34,192 nucleotides of DNA from an uncultured Oscillospiraceae bacterium (GTDB lineage Bacteria; Bacillota; Clostridia; Oscillospirales; Oscillospiraceae). Below, piece after piece: positions 13,877 to 24,700 of this stretch (positions are counted from its first letter, which is position 1; each line of letters begins with the position of its first letter). The notes under the pieces were generated by a model, which was not told where the DNA came from, did not search any database, and saw only the letters and a list, made by a program, of their open reading frames with translations. Made by a program: the position numbers and the translations under genes. The stretch is taken from assembly GCA_964426095.1 (NCBI GenBank), contig CAYRPD010000004.1, positions 1 to 34,192 of the forward strand, written 5' to 3'.

Positions 13877-15309
13877 AAGAGATTTTCATACCTGCGCCAA
13901 GCGAAAAGCAGCAGCACTTTCTTGATGACAAGCACAAGTACATATGCTACGGCGGCGCGCGCGGGGGCGGAAAGAGCTGGGCGGTGAGAACAAAAGCGGT
14001 TTTATTATGCGCGCAATATCCGGGAATCACTGTGCTTATTATCCGCGCGACATACCCGGAGCTGAGAGAAAACCATATCCGCCCGCTTACGGTGTTGCTC
14101 AAATGCTATGCACCAAGGGCGGAGCGAATAGCGAAATACAACGACAACAGAAAAGAAATCACTTTTCCGAACGGCAGCAGAATTCTTTTTAGGTACTGCG
14201 CGAATGACACCGATGTGCTTACATTCCAGGGCTTAGAGTGCGATGTGATGTTCATTGATGAGGCAACGAACCAAACAGAGGACAGAGTGAAGAAGCTCAA
14301 TGCCTGTGTACGAGGTGTTAACAGCTTTCCCAAGCGCGCGTACTACACCTGCAACCCCGGGGGCGTAGGGCATGAATGGGTAAAGCGCCTTTTCGTAGAC
14401 AAGCATTATAAAAGCGGCGAAGATCCGAAAGAATATTTTTTTATACAAGCAGGGGTCAGAGATAACCAAGCGCTGATGAAGATTAACCCCGACTATATAC
14501 GAAACCTTGAAGCGCTGCCGCCGAAGCAACGGGCGGCGTGGCTGGACGGCGATTGGAACATATACGAGGGCGCATTCTTTGATGACTTCCGCACCACGCC
14601 GGATATCCGCGCGGCCAATGAAGCGGGCTATCATCTGACAGCGGAAGAGCTTATACAACAGCGCCGCTTCGTGCACGTTATTCCGGCGTTCGATTTGAAT
14701 GCCGGGGCAAGCCGTGGCTGGAACATCATGCGCTCCTATGACTTCGGCTACGGCAAGCCTTTCTCTTGCGCGTGGTGGGCGGTTGACTATGACGGTGTGC
14801 TGTACAGAATACTGGAGCTGTACGGCTGTACGCAAACGGCCAATGAGGGTGTGCGCTGGAATCCCGACAGACAATTTGCGGAGATAGCAAAGGTGGAGCG
14901 GGAGCACCCGTGGCTAAAAGGAAAGTCCATATCCGGCGTGGCTGACCCAAGCATATGGGATTCAAGCCGAGGGGAAAGCATAGCCGAAACCGCGATGAAG
15001 TACCATGTGTACTTTACCCCCGGGGACAATGAACGAATAGCCGGGTGGATGCAGTGCCATTACCGGCTGCAGTTTGACAGTGAGGGCTACCCGAAGATGT
15101 ATGTATTCGATAACTGCGAGGCGTTCATAAGAACCGTACCGCTGATGCGCCATGCCACGGTGCGAGTTGAGGATTTAGATACAACGCTTGAAGACCATGT
15201 GTGCGATGAGTGGAGGTACACGTGTATGTCCCGCCCGATAACACCGAGCGTACCGGAAGAGAAGAACACCATAAGCATAGACCCTCTTAATCAATTCAAA
15301 AAAAGATAA
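13873..15309 (+). CDS. terL: terminase large subunit
   Basis: Walker A-like GGARGGGKS and Walker B-like VMFIDEA. C-terminal nuclease-type acidic motifs. GTGA overlap with terS. Confidence 0.92.
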   Translation: MKEIFIPAPSEKQQHFLDDKHKYICYGGARGGGKSWAVRTKAVLLCAQYPGITVLIIRATYPELRENHIRPLTVLLKCYAPRAERIAKYNDNRKEITFPNGSRILFRYCANDTDVLTFQGLECDVMFIDEATNQTEDRVKKLNACVRGVNSFPKRAYYTCNPGGVGHEWVKRLFVDKHYKSGEDPKEYFFIQAGVRDNQALMKINPDYIRNLEALPPKQRAAWLDGDWNIYEGAFFDDFRTTPDIRAANEAGYHLTAEELIQQRRFVHVIPAFDLNAGASRGWNIMRSYDFGYGKPFSCAWWAVDYDGVLYRILELYGCTQTANEGVRWNPDRQFAEIAKVEREHPWLKGKSISGVADPSIWDSSRGESIAETAMKYHVYFTPGDNERIAGWMQCHYRLQFDSEGYPKMYVFDNCEAFIRTVPLMRHATVRVEDLDTTLEDHVCDEWRYTCMSRPITPSVPEEKNTISIDPLNQFKKR

Positions 15310-15324
15310 CAGGAGAACAGAATC

Positions 15325-17349
15325 ATGGATGAAATCAAAAGCATTACCCCGGCACTGGATAGCCGCCCGGTGAATAGCGAGACGCTTACTAAATTCAATC
15401 TCGCTTTGAACAAGTACAAGGCCGGTAAGAAAAGTGTAGAGACGCGCGCTATAGCGGCGGAAAACTGGTGGAAGCTCCGCAACCAAACCGAGACAGAGAA
15501 AGAAACCATAGGGCTGGCAGGGTTCAAAGCTAAGAGCGGGTGGTTGCATAATGTCATAGTTGCCAAACACGCAGACGCTACAGAAGCTTTTCCCGAACCT
15601 AACATCCTTGCGCGCGAGCCGAACGATGTCAAGGAAGCCGGTATGCTCAGCAAGATAGTCCCCGTTGTGCTGGACGCGAATCACTTTGAAGAAACCTACA
15701 GCGACTGCGCATGGCAGAAGCTCAAGACAGGTACAGCGATATATAAAGTTTACTGGGATTCGGACAAGCTGAACGGCCTCGGAGATATCGCAGTGCAGAG
15801 GGTGGACGTGCTCAATGTGTTTTGGGAGCCGGGCATAACAGATATACAGAACAGCAAGTATTTCTTTCACACCGCATTCGTTGACAATGAGGTGTTGGAG
15901 AGCGCATACCCCCAGCTCAAGGGCAAGTTGAAAGCAGCGGCCTTTGTCCCTGCCGATTTCCAAACAGATGATAGCGTGCCGAAAGATAACAAGTCTGTCG
16001 TGATAGATGTGTACTACAAGAAGCGCGAGGACGGCAAGACGGTGCTGCACTACTGCAAGTATGTCGGCAATGAGATTCTGTACAGCACGGAGAATGACGG
16101 AGCGCTGCCGCACAGTGTAGAGCCGCCCGCCGTGGCCGTGCCTATGGTAGAACCGGGGAGTATGCCCCTGCCCGGAGCGCAAGACGATGCGGGGAGTGTA
16201 CAGGATAATATATCCGAACAGATAACGGGGAGTATACCTGCGGCCATGGGCGGAGCAGTACCAATGACTGCGCCGCAGACGATACACCAAGGGCTGTACG
16301 ACCATGGGCTTTATCCTTTTGTGTTTGACCCTCTCTTCCCGATAGAGGGCAGCCCCTGTGGGTATGGGTACATTGACCTTTGCCAAAACAACCAAATGCA
16401 AATTGACCTAATGCAGACGGCATTCTTGAAGAACACAATGGTGGGCGCAATGCCCCGGTACTTCTCACGTATGGACGGGTCAATCAACGAAGAAGAGTTC
16501 TTAGACCTCAACAATCCCATAGTTCACGTGAACGGAAACCTGGGGCAGGACAGCCTAAAGCTTATAGACCACAAGGCGCTGAACGGTAACTACCTCAATA
16601 TGCGCACGTCCATAATAAACGAGCTGCGCGAAACGAGTGGAAACACGGAAGCTAGCAACGGCGTTATATCTTCGGGGGTAACTGCGGCCTCAGCTATAGC
16701 CGCGTTGCAAGAAGCGAGCGGGAAAGGCAGCAGAGACAGCAGCCGCGCAAGCTACCGGGCGTACTCCCGCATTGTCAATCTGTGCATAGAACTGATTCGA
16801 CAATTCTACGATATCCCCCGACAGTTCAGAATCACAGGGCAGCTCGGCGCGGAAACCTTTGTGCGCTATTCCAATGAGGGCTTGAAGCTACAGACGGAGC
16901 AGAGCGGGAACGTAATGCTTGCCCGCTTGCCGGAGTTTGATATCAAAGTCAGCCCGGCGAAGAGGTCAAGCTACAGCCGCATAACGCAGAACGAAATGGC
17001 ATTGCAATTCTACAACCTCGGCTTCTTCAATCCCCAAATGACAGACCAAGCGCTGGCTTGCTGTTACATGATGGACTTCGATAACAAAGACACGGTAATG
17101 CAGATGATTAACTACAACGGCACAATGTATCAGAAGCTTGCGCAGTTCCAGCAGCTTGCCCTTGCCCTTGTGCAGAAATACGAGCCGGAGCGGGTTAATG
17201 AGCTGGCCGCTTCTATCACGGGACAGGCTGCGCCCGCCGCGTCAGCCGGAAGCGCCGAGGATATAAAGTTAGCACCTGACACGGAGGAAGATACCCGCGT
17301 GCAGAACACCCGCGCCAAGAGCCAATCATATTCACAGCCGGAGGGATAA
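15325..17349 (+). CDS. portal protein
   Basis: 674 aa, immediately after terL, with an acidic/disordered C-terminus. Assigned by size and position; no motif verified. Confidence 0.75.
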   Translation: MDEIKSITPALDSRPVNSETLTKFNLALNKYKAGKKSVETRAIAAENWWKLRNQTETEKETIGLAGFKAKSGWLHNVIVAKHADATEAFPEPNILAREPNDVKEAGMLSKIVPVVLDANHFEETYSDCAWQKLKTGTAIYKVYWDSDKLNGLGDIAVQRVDVLNVFWEPGITDIQNSKYFFHTAFVDNEVLESAYPQLKGKLKAAAFVPADFQTDDSVPKDNKSVVIDVYYKKREDGKTVLHYCKYVGNEILYSTENDGALPHSVEPPAVAVPMVEPGSMPLPGAQDDAGSVQDNISEQITGSIPAAMGGAVPMTAPQTIHQGLYDHGLYPFVFDPLFPIEGSPCGYGYIDLCQNNQMQIDLMQTAFLKNTMVGAMPRYFSRMDGSINEEEFLDLNNPIVHVNGNLGQDSLKLIDHKALNGNYLNMRTSIINELRETSGNTEASNGVISSGVTAASAIAALQEASGKGSRDSSRASYRAYSRIVNLCIELIRQFYDIPRQFRITGQLGAETFVRYSNEGLKLQTEQSGNVMLARLPEFDIKVSPAKRSSYSRITQNEMALQFYNLGFFNPQMTDQALACCYMMDFDNKDTVMQMINYNGTMYQKLAQFQQLALALVQKYEPERVNELAASITGQAAPAASAGSAEDIKLAPDTEEDTRVQNTRAKSQSYSQPEG

Positions 17350-17352
17350 GCG

Positions 17353-17664
17353 ATGACTAAGATAATCTATGATGAATCGAACAACGTATTAGAGATAAGC
17401 GGCCACGCAGGAGCGGGAGAGCCGGGAAAGGATTTGGTGTGCGCTGCCGTTACAATTCTCATGCGCACGCTGGAAGCTTCGGTTATGGATAACCGAGCTA
17501 GACTGTGCCCCACGGTGTGCCATAAAGACGGGTATGTAAGAATCCAATGTAACCCCCCACCCAGGGCAAAAGCAAAGAGCAAAGAAATCTTCACCACGAT
17601 ATACCGCGGGTATGAGCTGTTAGCGCAGCAGTACCCGGAGTATGTAAGAACCGTAATATATTGA
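17353..17664 (+). CDS. Prp-type cysteine protease (ribosomal-processing cysteine protease family)
   Basis: 103 aa. SGHAG...GKDLVCAAVT places the His18/Cys30 dyad 12 residues apart, as in Prp. Confidence 0.75.
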   Translation: MTKIIYDESNNVLEISGHAGAGEPGKDLVCAAVTILMRTLEASVMDNRARLCPTVCHKDGYVRIQCNPPPRAKAKSKEIFTTIYRGYELLAQQYPEYVRTVIY

Positions 17665-17677
17665 GGAGGGAAAAGAA

Positions 17678-18748
17678 ATGTCATTACTTGTAGGCATAGA
17701 CGAAAACAAAAAGCAGCAGACCGCCGCGACACAGGCCGACACTACGCCGACCGTGGATAAGGTGGTGCATCAGGACACGGCCACGCAGACCGCTACCCCG
17801 GCAGTGAAGACTGCCACGCAGTCAACTACCCCGACAACGACAGCCAACACCACGGCAACCACGACCCCGGCCACAGCAACGGCAACCACGAGCGGGAGCG
17901 GGAGCAGAAGCGCGGTATATGAGAAAGCCATGCAAACGCTCAAGCAGGCGCAGGGTAACGCGCCCACATATTCATCTTCGTATGATGATGATATCAATGA
18001 GATATACAATCAGATTGTCAACCGCGCGCCCTTTAAGTATGACTACAGCACTGACCCGCTTTACAACCAGTACAAGGAGCAGTATACCCAGCTCGGCAAG
18101 CAAGCCATGAAAGATACCATGGGGCAGACGGCGGCGCTCACCGGGGGCTACGGCAACAGCTACGGAAGCGCAGTAGGACAGCAGCAGTATGACGCATATC
18201 TGCAAAGGCTGAATGATGTTGTGCCGGAACTGTACGGGCAAGCCTATGATATCTATTCGCAGGAAGCAAACGACTTAGAAAAACAATACTCCATGCTCCT
18301 TGACAGGCAGAACACGGAGTATAACGAATGGCGCGATGCGTTGTCAGATTACCGCTACGACCAAGCGCTGGAGCTTGACAAGGGGCAGCAGCTTGCGAGC
18401 GACCTTGCGGCATACGGGGACTTCTCCGGCTATGCGGAGCTGTACGGCAAAGACGCGGCGGCCAAAATGGAAAAGGCTTGGGCGGTTGCGAATCCTCTGC
18501 CGGCATACATAAACGGACAGATAGACGCAGAGGAATACTACAGAATAGTCGGCGAATATCCCATAGGCTACACTCCGCCCGGTTCTTCATCGGGAAGCAG
18601 CGGCGGGGGCTGGACGTTCGACCCGTGGTATGGCGGAACGGCGAGAGATACCAGTACAGATAAAAGCGCAACGAAGACAGAAACAAAGAGTTCTGCTGTA
18701 ATTACTCCGACAATAATTAACAAGTATGAAAGGTATTATTACAAGTAA
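17678..18748 (+). CDS. Thr/Ala/Pro-rich virion-associated protein (function unknown)
   Basis: 356 aa. Low-complexity aa 15-75, a Tyr/Gln/Asp-rich core and a Gly/Ser tail. RBS gaggaggg. Confidence 0.7.
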   Translation: MSLLVGIDENKKQQTAATQADTTPTVDKVVHQDTATQTATPAVKTATQSTTPTTTANTTATTTPATATATTSGSGSRSAVYEKAMQTLKQAQGNAPTYSSSYDDDINEIYNQIVNRAPFKYDYSTDPLYNQYKEQYTQLGKQAMKDTMGQTAALTGGYGNSYGSAVGQQQYDAYLQRLNDVVPELYGQAYDIYSQEANDLEKQYSMLLDRQNTEYNEWRDALSDYRYDQALELDKGQQLASDLAAYGDFSGYAELYGKDAAAKMEKAWAVANPLPAYINGQIDAEEYYRIVGEYPIGYTPPGSSSGSSGGGWTFDPWYGGTARDTSTDKSATKTETKSSAVITPTIINKYERYYYK

Positions 18749-21700
18749 TATGAGTAATAAGATATTAGAAGAAATAGAAAAAAGTATTGCCGCGTATAAT
18801 ACTCCAGAGCTTAACGGCACAACAAAAGCGCAAGCCCCGGCAACGAAAGAAAATGCAAGTAATGCATATAGAATAAATACAATACCTTCTTCGCAGAATA
18901 ACGTGTTAGGCGAAATAGGAAAAAGCGTTGCCGCGTTCAACAATTCTAAGCTTAACGGGACAAACGGCTGGAAAATGAAGTCGTATACGAAAAACCCTCA
19001 AACCAAAGCCAAGAAGAGCGTGGTATCCTATGACCAAGGGGGTAAAGTAAACGCATGGCAAACTGCACTGAACGTTCTAAATGGGATTGACAGTGCAAAG
19101 GTTAAGGCGCTGAGCAATCAGAAGTACAGCGACAGATTCAATGAAGAGGTATTAAAAGAGTATACGGCTCGCGGTGGAAAAACCTTTTTAGGCAAAGCTA
19201 TGAACGCGAATTTGTACAAGCAAATTGAAGATGAGCTTACGCCGAACTATGCTCCGGCGCAAACTTCATATGAAAGAGCCAAACTCCCCGCCAGCATGGC
19301 AAGAGATTCTATCGTTGAAAATGCACAGGCGGCGCAGTATCTAGCTGATTATTACGAGAACCCGACAGTAGCAATCGAGGGAAGCCGAACGAGAGGTAAT
19401 ACCCTTGACTATCTGCAAAAGTATGAAAACATGGGCTTTGGAGAAAAGCTCGCAAACACGGCAGGGAATGCTGTGGTTAACTACGGCCTTGATCTGTCGA
19501 ACACATTGCTTACCGGGGCAGACGCATTAACAGGCGGAAAGCTCAGCAACGGCAACAGCAAAGCAGCTTCTATCTATTCTGCGCTTAACTTTGCGCAGAA
19601 TGCGGGGAGCGGGTTAACCTCTCAAGCTTACAACAGTATGCGTGAAAGCTCTAACTGGTTAGGTAAGCTCATCCTTGACTTGGAGAAAACAAGTGTAGAG
19701 CAATTGCTTGACCGTGCCTTTTCAGCATTTGGCATGAACGGAGCAAACAGCCTTGTATCAATGGGGGCTAGAGTGTTTGGCTCGGGTGCGCAGGAAGCGG
19801 AGAACGAGGGTAAAAGCCTGAGAGAACAGTTATTAACAGGTGGAATACGTTCCGGCATAGAGATTGGGACAGAATTATTAGGCGGTGTCGGCGGCTCGTG
19901 GAGGGGTACGGGTTACGGTGACGCAGTGTTTAACTCGCTGGATAAGTGGGTTGGAACAAAAACGAATAAAGAAATGCTTGGCACTTTGGCAAGCGCATTC
20001 GGCAGTGAAGCGACAGAAGAAATGCTGTCGGATATTCTCAATCCTTTAGCGGATAGAATATTCAACATCAGCAACGGCGATCAGACCTTTTGGCAAGAGG
20101 TATGGGGTGACGGGCAAATCCTTTATGACGGTTTACTGGGTGGGCTTGCAGGATTGGGCGGCGGCCTTGGCACATCTTTTTCTAACGCTTCAGCGGCGAA
20201 GTACTTCGGTGTAGATGTAGCTACATATAAAGCAGCGCAGAGAATAGCCGGAGATAAGAAGCTTCGCAAAAAGTATGAGAAGTATACGGGTGAACACCTG
20301 CAAGAGAATGAATCGACATCCATAATGCAGATAGCCGTTGGCCTTACCGAGACAGCAGAGAAAACAGATAGCACTACCCGTGCGCTTGAAAACGATATCC
20401 GCCAATACAAAGCAGAGCCGCACGGTACGCAGAGCGCCACCACCCCCGCGGCACTCTCCACCTCACAGACGGATACGAGCACACTCGCTGCCGCTAACGT
20501 TGCGCAGAACGCGTCAGAATCGCCCACAACGAACGAGAGCGCGAGGACAAGCACGAATACCACCCCCGCACAAAACTATTCACAGAGCACCATACAGGCC
20601 AAAGCAGCGGCACTCGGAGACATGACCGCAATATACAACGGCGCAGAAGCGCGCGTAACCAGCATGGTGAAAATGGATAACGGGAAGTACGCGGCACAGA
20701 TAGAGTACCCCACCAGCAAAGGCATAAAGAAAAGGCAACTCACCGAAGACAAGCTGACCTTTGACCCGGAGACAAAGCGCCTTATCAATATGTTCCGTCC
20801 GTATGAATACAGCAGCGAAATGCTTTTTAATTACGATGCGCAAAAGGACGGCGGGGAAAACCTTGCGGCGTACACCATGGCCTTTAACACCGTGGCGGAT
20901 ATCCTCGGCAAGCAGACAACGCTTTCTGAGGAAGCGGCGAAGCAGTACGTGCAGGGCGAGCCGGGGCTGGCAAGCACCTTGTCTGAAGAACAGATTACTG
21001 CGGCATTCAGAGCGGGAAGAAAGAGCAAGGATGCGCGTGTACAATCCAGCGTTACTCGCAAGGGCGGCACGGGCAAGCTCGTGTTCGGGAAAAGCATAAC
21101 CGTGCAGGGAATGCAGTACCAAGCCGCCACTGAGGACATGGTAAGCCAAGCAGAGCGGGAGGTGTTGCAGACCGTAGCAAAGGCGGCGGGCGTGGATATC
21201 TTCTTCTATCAGTCTGAGGAAGCGGAGGGCATATACCAAGGGGCAAACGGGTTTTACCGTAACGGCACAGTATACCTTGATGTTAACGCCGGGGCAGAGA
21301 GGACTACGGAGCAGTCGGCAATCCTGCTCACGGCGGCGCATGAACTCACGCACTACCTTAGAGAGAACAACGCCGAGGGTTACGCCGAGCTGCGGGACTT
21401 TGTCACAACGCACCTTATACAGGACGGCACGGACATAGTTACACTTGCCGAGCAAAAGATAAGAAACGAGGGCGGGGAAAACTATGCAGACTTTACATTG
21501 GAAGACGCGATAGAAGAAGTCGTGGCCGACAGCTGCGAAATGATGTTGGAGAACACCCAGCTTCCGCAGATAATGGCGCAAGAAAACCCCGACCTTTACA
21601 GTAAGGTTAGGGGCTGGCTGAGAAAGTTTGTAGAGAATCTGCGCCGCGCGTTCGAGGGCGTGACAGCGAGAAGCCCGGAAGCCCGCGCCATGGTGCAGTA

Positions 21701-24700
21701 TGCCGGGGAGCTTCAGCAGATATGGGACAATGCCCTGGCCGACACCGCATTGAAGCCGAGAGAGAAGCGCGGCGCGAGCGGGAGCACGAAGTATTCTTAT
21801 GCCGGGCGTAATGCAAGCACGGCGAATATGGAGACGCTGTCTAAGGCAGAGGAGCTAGAGCGCAACGGCGAGGATTGGAACACCATACGCAATGAAACAG
21901 GTTGGTTCAGAGGCATGGATAACAAATGGCGATATGAAATCAACGACAGCAATATGGAGTTTCGCAAAGGTGGTGATGTACAGTTACTCGCAGAGCCGGA
22001 GTATCAGCAGCTTATAGATTTGACAGATAAGTGGGCAGCCTCGTTTGACGGCGGTGAAGCTTTAACCGAAGCCGAAGAAAATGAAATGACCCGTTTGAAA
22101 GAAAAATACGGCGCGGAAGTATGGGAAGATAAATATATGCTCCGCGACTTTGTAAAGCATGATGAGCTGTTCGAGGCGTACCCTCGCTTGAACAGTGTCG
22201 GCTTGCAGTTTGATGAACTGCCGGACGGAGTGAAAGGCTATTACAGCAAGCGCGGCAATACGATTATCTTAAATGAAAGCTTGTTTGGTAAAGAGCCTGA
22301 TGTAGTACTGCACGAGATACAGCACATCATACAAAAGATTGAGGGCTTCACCGGCGGCGCGAGCGTTGAGTATTGGGAAGAGCAAATGAAAAACGGTTAT
22401 TCCAAACGAGGAAGCCGTGAATCGGATATGATGCCGGGCGAGCTTTACCGTAATACAGCCGGGGAAATAGAAGCGAGAGACACAGCTTCACGCCGCAAGC
22501 TGACAGCAGAAGAGCGCCGCAGCAATGCCCCTGTACGTGCAGACGAGAACACCGTGTTCGCTGATGATGAACGGTCGTACAGCGTTAGAAATTATAAGGG
22601 CAACAGAATTGTGTGGATTGATACTGATATAACAAAACAAAAACCTAGCGATGTGCCAATACAGGATTATGTCCAGCGATACATATCGGACATGGCATAC
22701 GATAGGAGTGACTTCTTAGCTACATTGCCGGAAAGCGGAATTAACGTGTATGCGGAGAAAAAAGGTAGAACACCGAAAAGCAAATACGGTTTGGCTGAAG
22801 AGTATGTTAGGTCAACTTATTCCCGTTGGCTCAAAGACAACTCCAAGAGTGCATTCCGTGCAAAAATGAAAGCAGCTGGTGTTCTTGATGAATTGGTATC
22901 AATTGCGACTGGGCGGAAGTGGAGCGAAACTGAACACTCGCATAATAAAGACGCAAGGTATGGAGTAGATACGTACAGAAGCTCTTTCGCGTTTCCAGTC
23001 AAAGATAATATGGGTAAGCTTGCAAATGTCAGAGCATACGACTGTAAGCTGATAGTATTGAATGCCAGTGACGGCAAAAAGTATTTATACGATGTGACAG
23101 GAATAAAAGAAAACACCAGTAAGGCAAAGGACGTTCTCCTTTCGGAGCGTCAGAGGGCGGCTTATAGAGCCGCACGCCAAACTGATGTTGTCAACAATAT
23201 ATCACAGCCCGGTGAAGAAGTCAACAGTAAGTTTTCCCGCCGTGCGGCAGATGATACAATGACAAAGGAACAAGTGCGGGAACAGCAGATAAGCCGTGCG
23301 GAGCTGTTGCGGGAGAACGAGGCGTTGAGACAACGCGCAGAGTATTGGAAAGGGCAAACCCAGCTTACCAAAGAAAAGACTGTGCGCAATACGGACACGC
23401 ACAAGTTTGCCCGCGACATGGCGGAAAAGCTTGATGTAAAGAACCGTGAGGCCGTGGCTGAGTTTGAAGACGCGGCGCAGCACATGGGCAATTACATCGT
23501 GCAAAGCGACAGTGAGACCTTAGACTATGACACGCTTCACACCATGGCAAGCGAGACGGCGGATATTCTGTTGAGCAATTCCGAGGTTGAAGTGGAAAGC
23601 GGCATGGAAGAACAGCTCGGTGAGCTTGCCGATTACATCAAGACGCATAAGCTCAAGGTGAACGAAACGGAGCTAAAGGATTTGCCTAAAGAGTGGCTGC
23701 GCCAGCACAGGCGCTTTATCAAACTCAGCTCGGACGGTACACCGATAGATGTGGCATGGCAGGAGTGGCAAGAGCAATTCGGGGAAGGTATGTTCCCCTC
23801 GGACATTACAGCGCAGTCGGATATGCTTCAGCGCCTTGCCGATATAGAGCAGGGCTGGAGAACATATAAGGCCAATCCCTTTGAAAATAACATGGCCGAA
23901 ATGCGGGAGATTGTGGCGCAGGAAATAATAGATACCATGCTCAGCGATGAGATACGGCAGACCGCGCCCACCGCCGCCGACCGTGCCAAAGCCAAGGCAG
24001 ACAAACGCTACTCGGATATGCGACAGGCCGAACGGCAGCGCGCCAATGAGCGCATAGCAAAGGTGCTTGAAGAGGGAAAGCAGCGGACAAAGGATGCGGT
24101 AAAGGCCGAGCGCACATTCCAGCTTCAAAGGGTGGAACGTATACAAAAAATGAATAGCATAAAAAAGCTTCGTGACCGTATGATAAAAAGCCTTACGGAC
24201 AACACGGGCAAGAACCATGTGCCGGATATCCTTAAAGAACCCGTTGCTCAACTGCTGCAGAGCATAGACCCGACAACCAAGCGCACCCGCCAAGCCGGGA
24301 CAAAGCTTTATGTAGAATCTCTTGAAAAGCTTCAGCGGGTATTAGAACAGCAACGCAAGCACAATGCGCATACCTTGGATGAGAACGAAGCCGAGGGCGA
24401 GGGGGCAGATCTGTTCTTCGATATCCCCGTAGAGTTTACCGAGCAGATACAAGATTACGTGGATAACGTTAAGCATTGGGGCGAGTTTTCCAAGACAACA
24501 ACATTCAAGCTGGAAGACATGAGCTTGCAGGGGCTGAACGATTTAGAGAATATTCTGCGCGTGGTGAGGGGTGCTGTCAATAATGTTAACGAGCTGTACG
24601 ATATGAACACAACAGCCTCCGAGCTTGGGAATGAGACGATAAACTATCTTGCGGAGATGAAAGAGAAAACCAAGGTAACGGGTGGAATGGAAAAGTTCCT

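Noticed and set aside
15175-16401. 408-aa minus-strand ORF spanning the terL/portal junction.
   Set aside because: It is antisense to two strongly supported genes. The translation is His/Arg/Leu/Val-rich without motifs, and it has no RBS.
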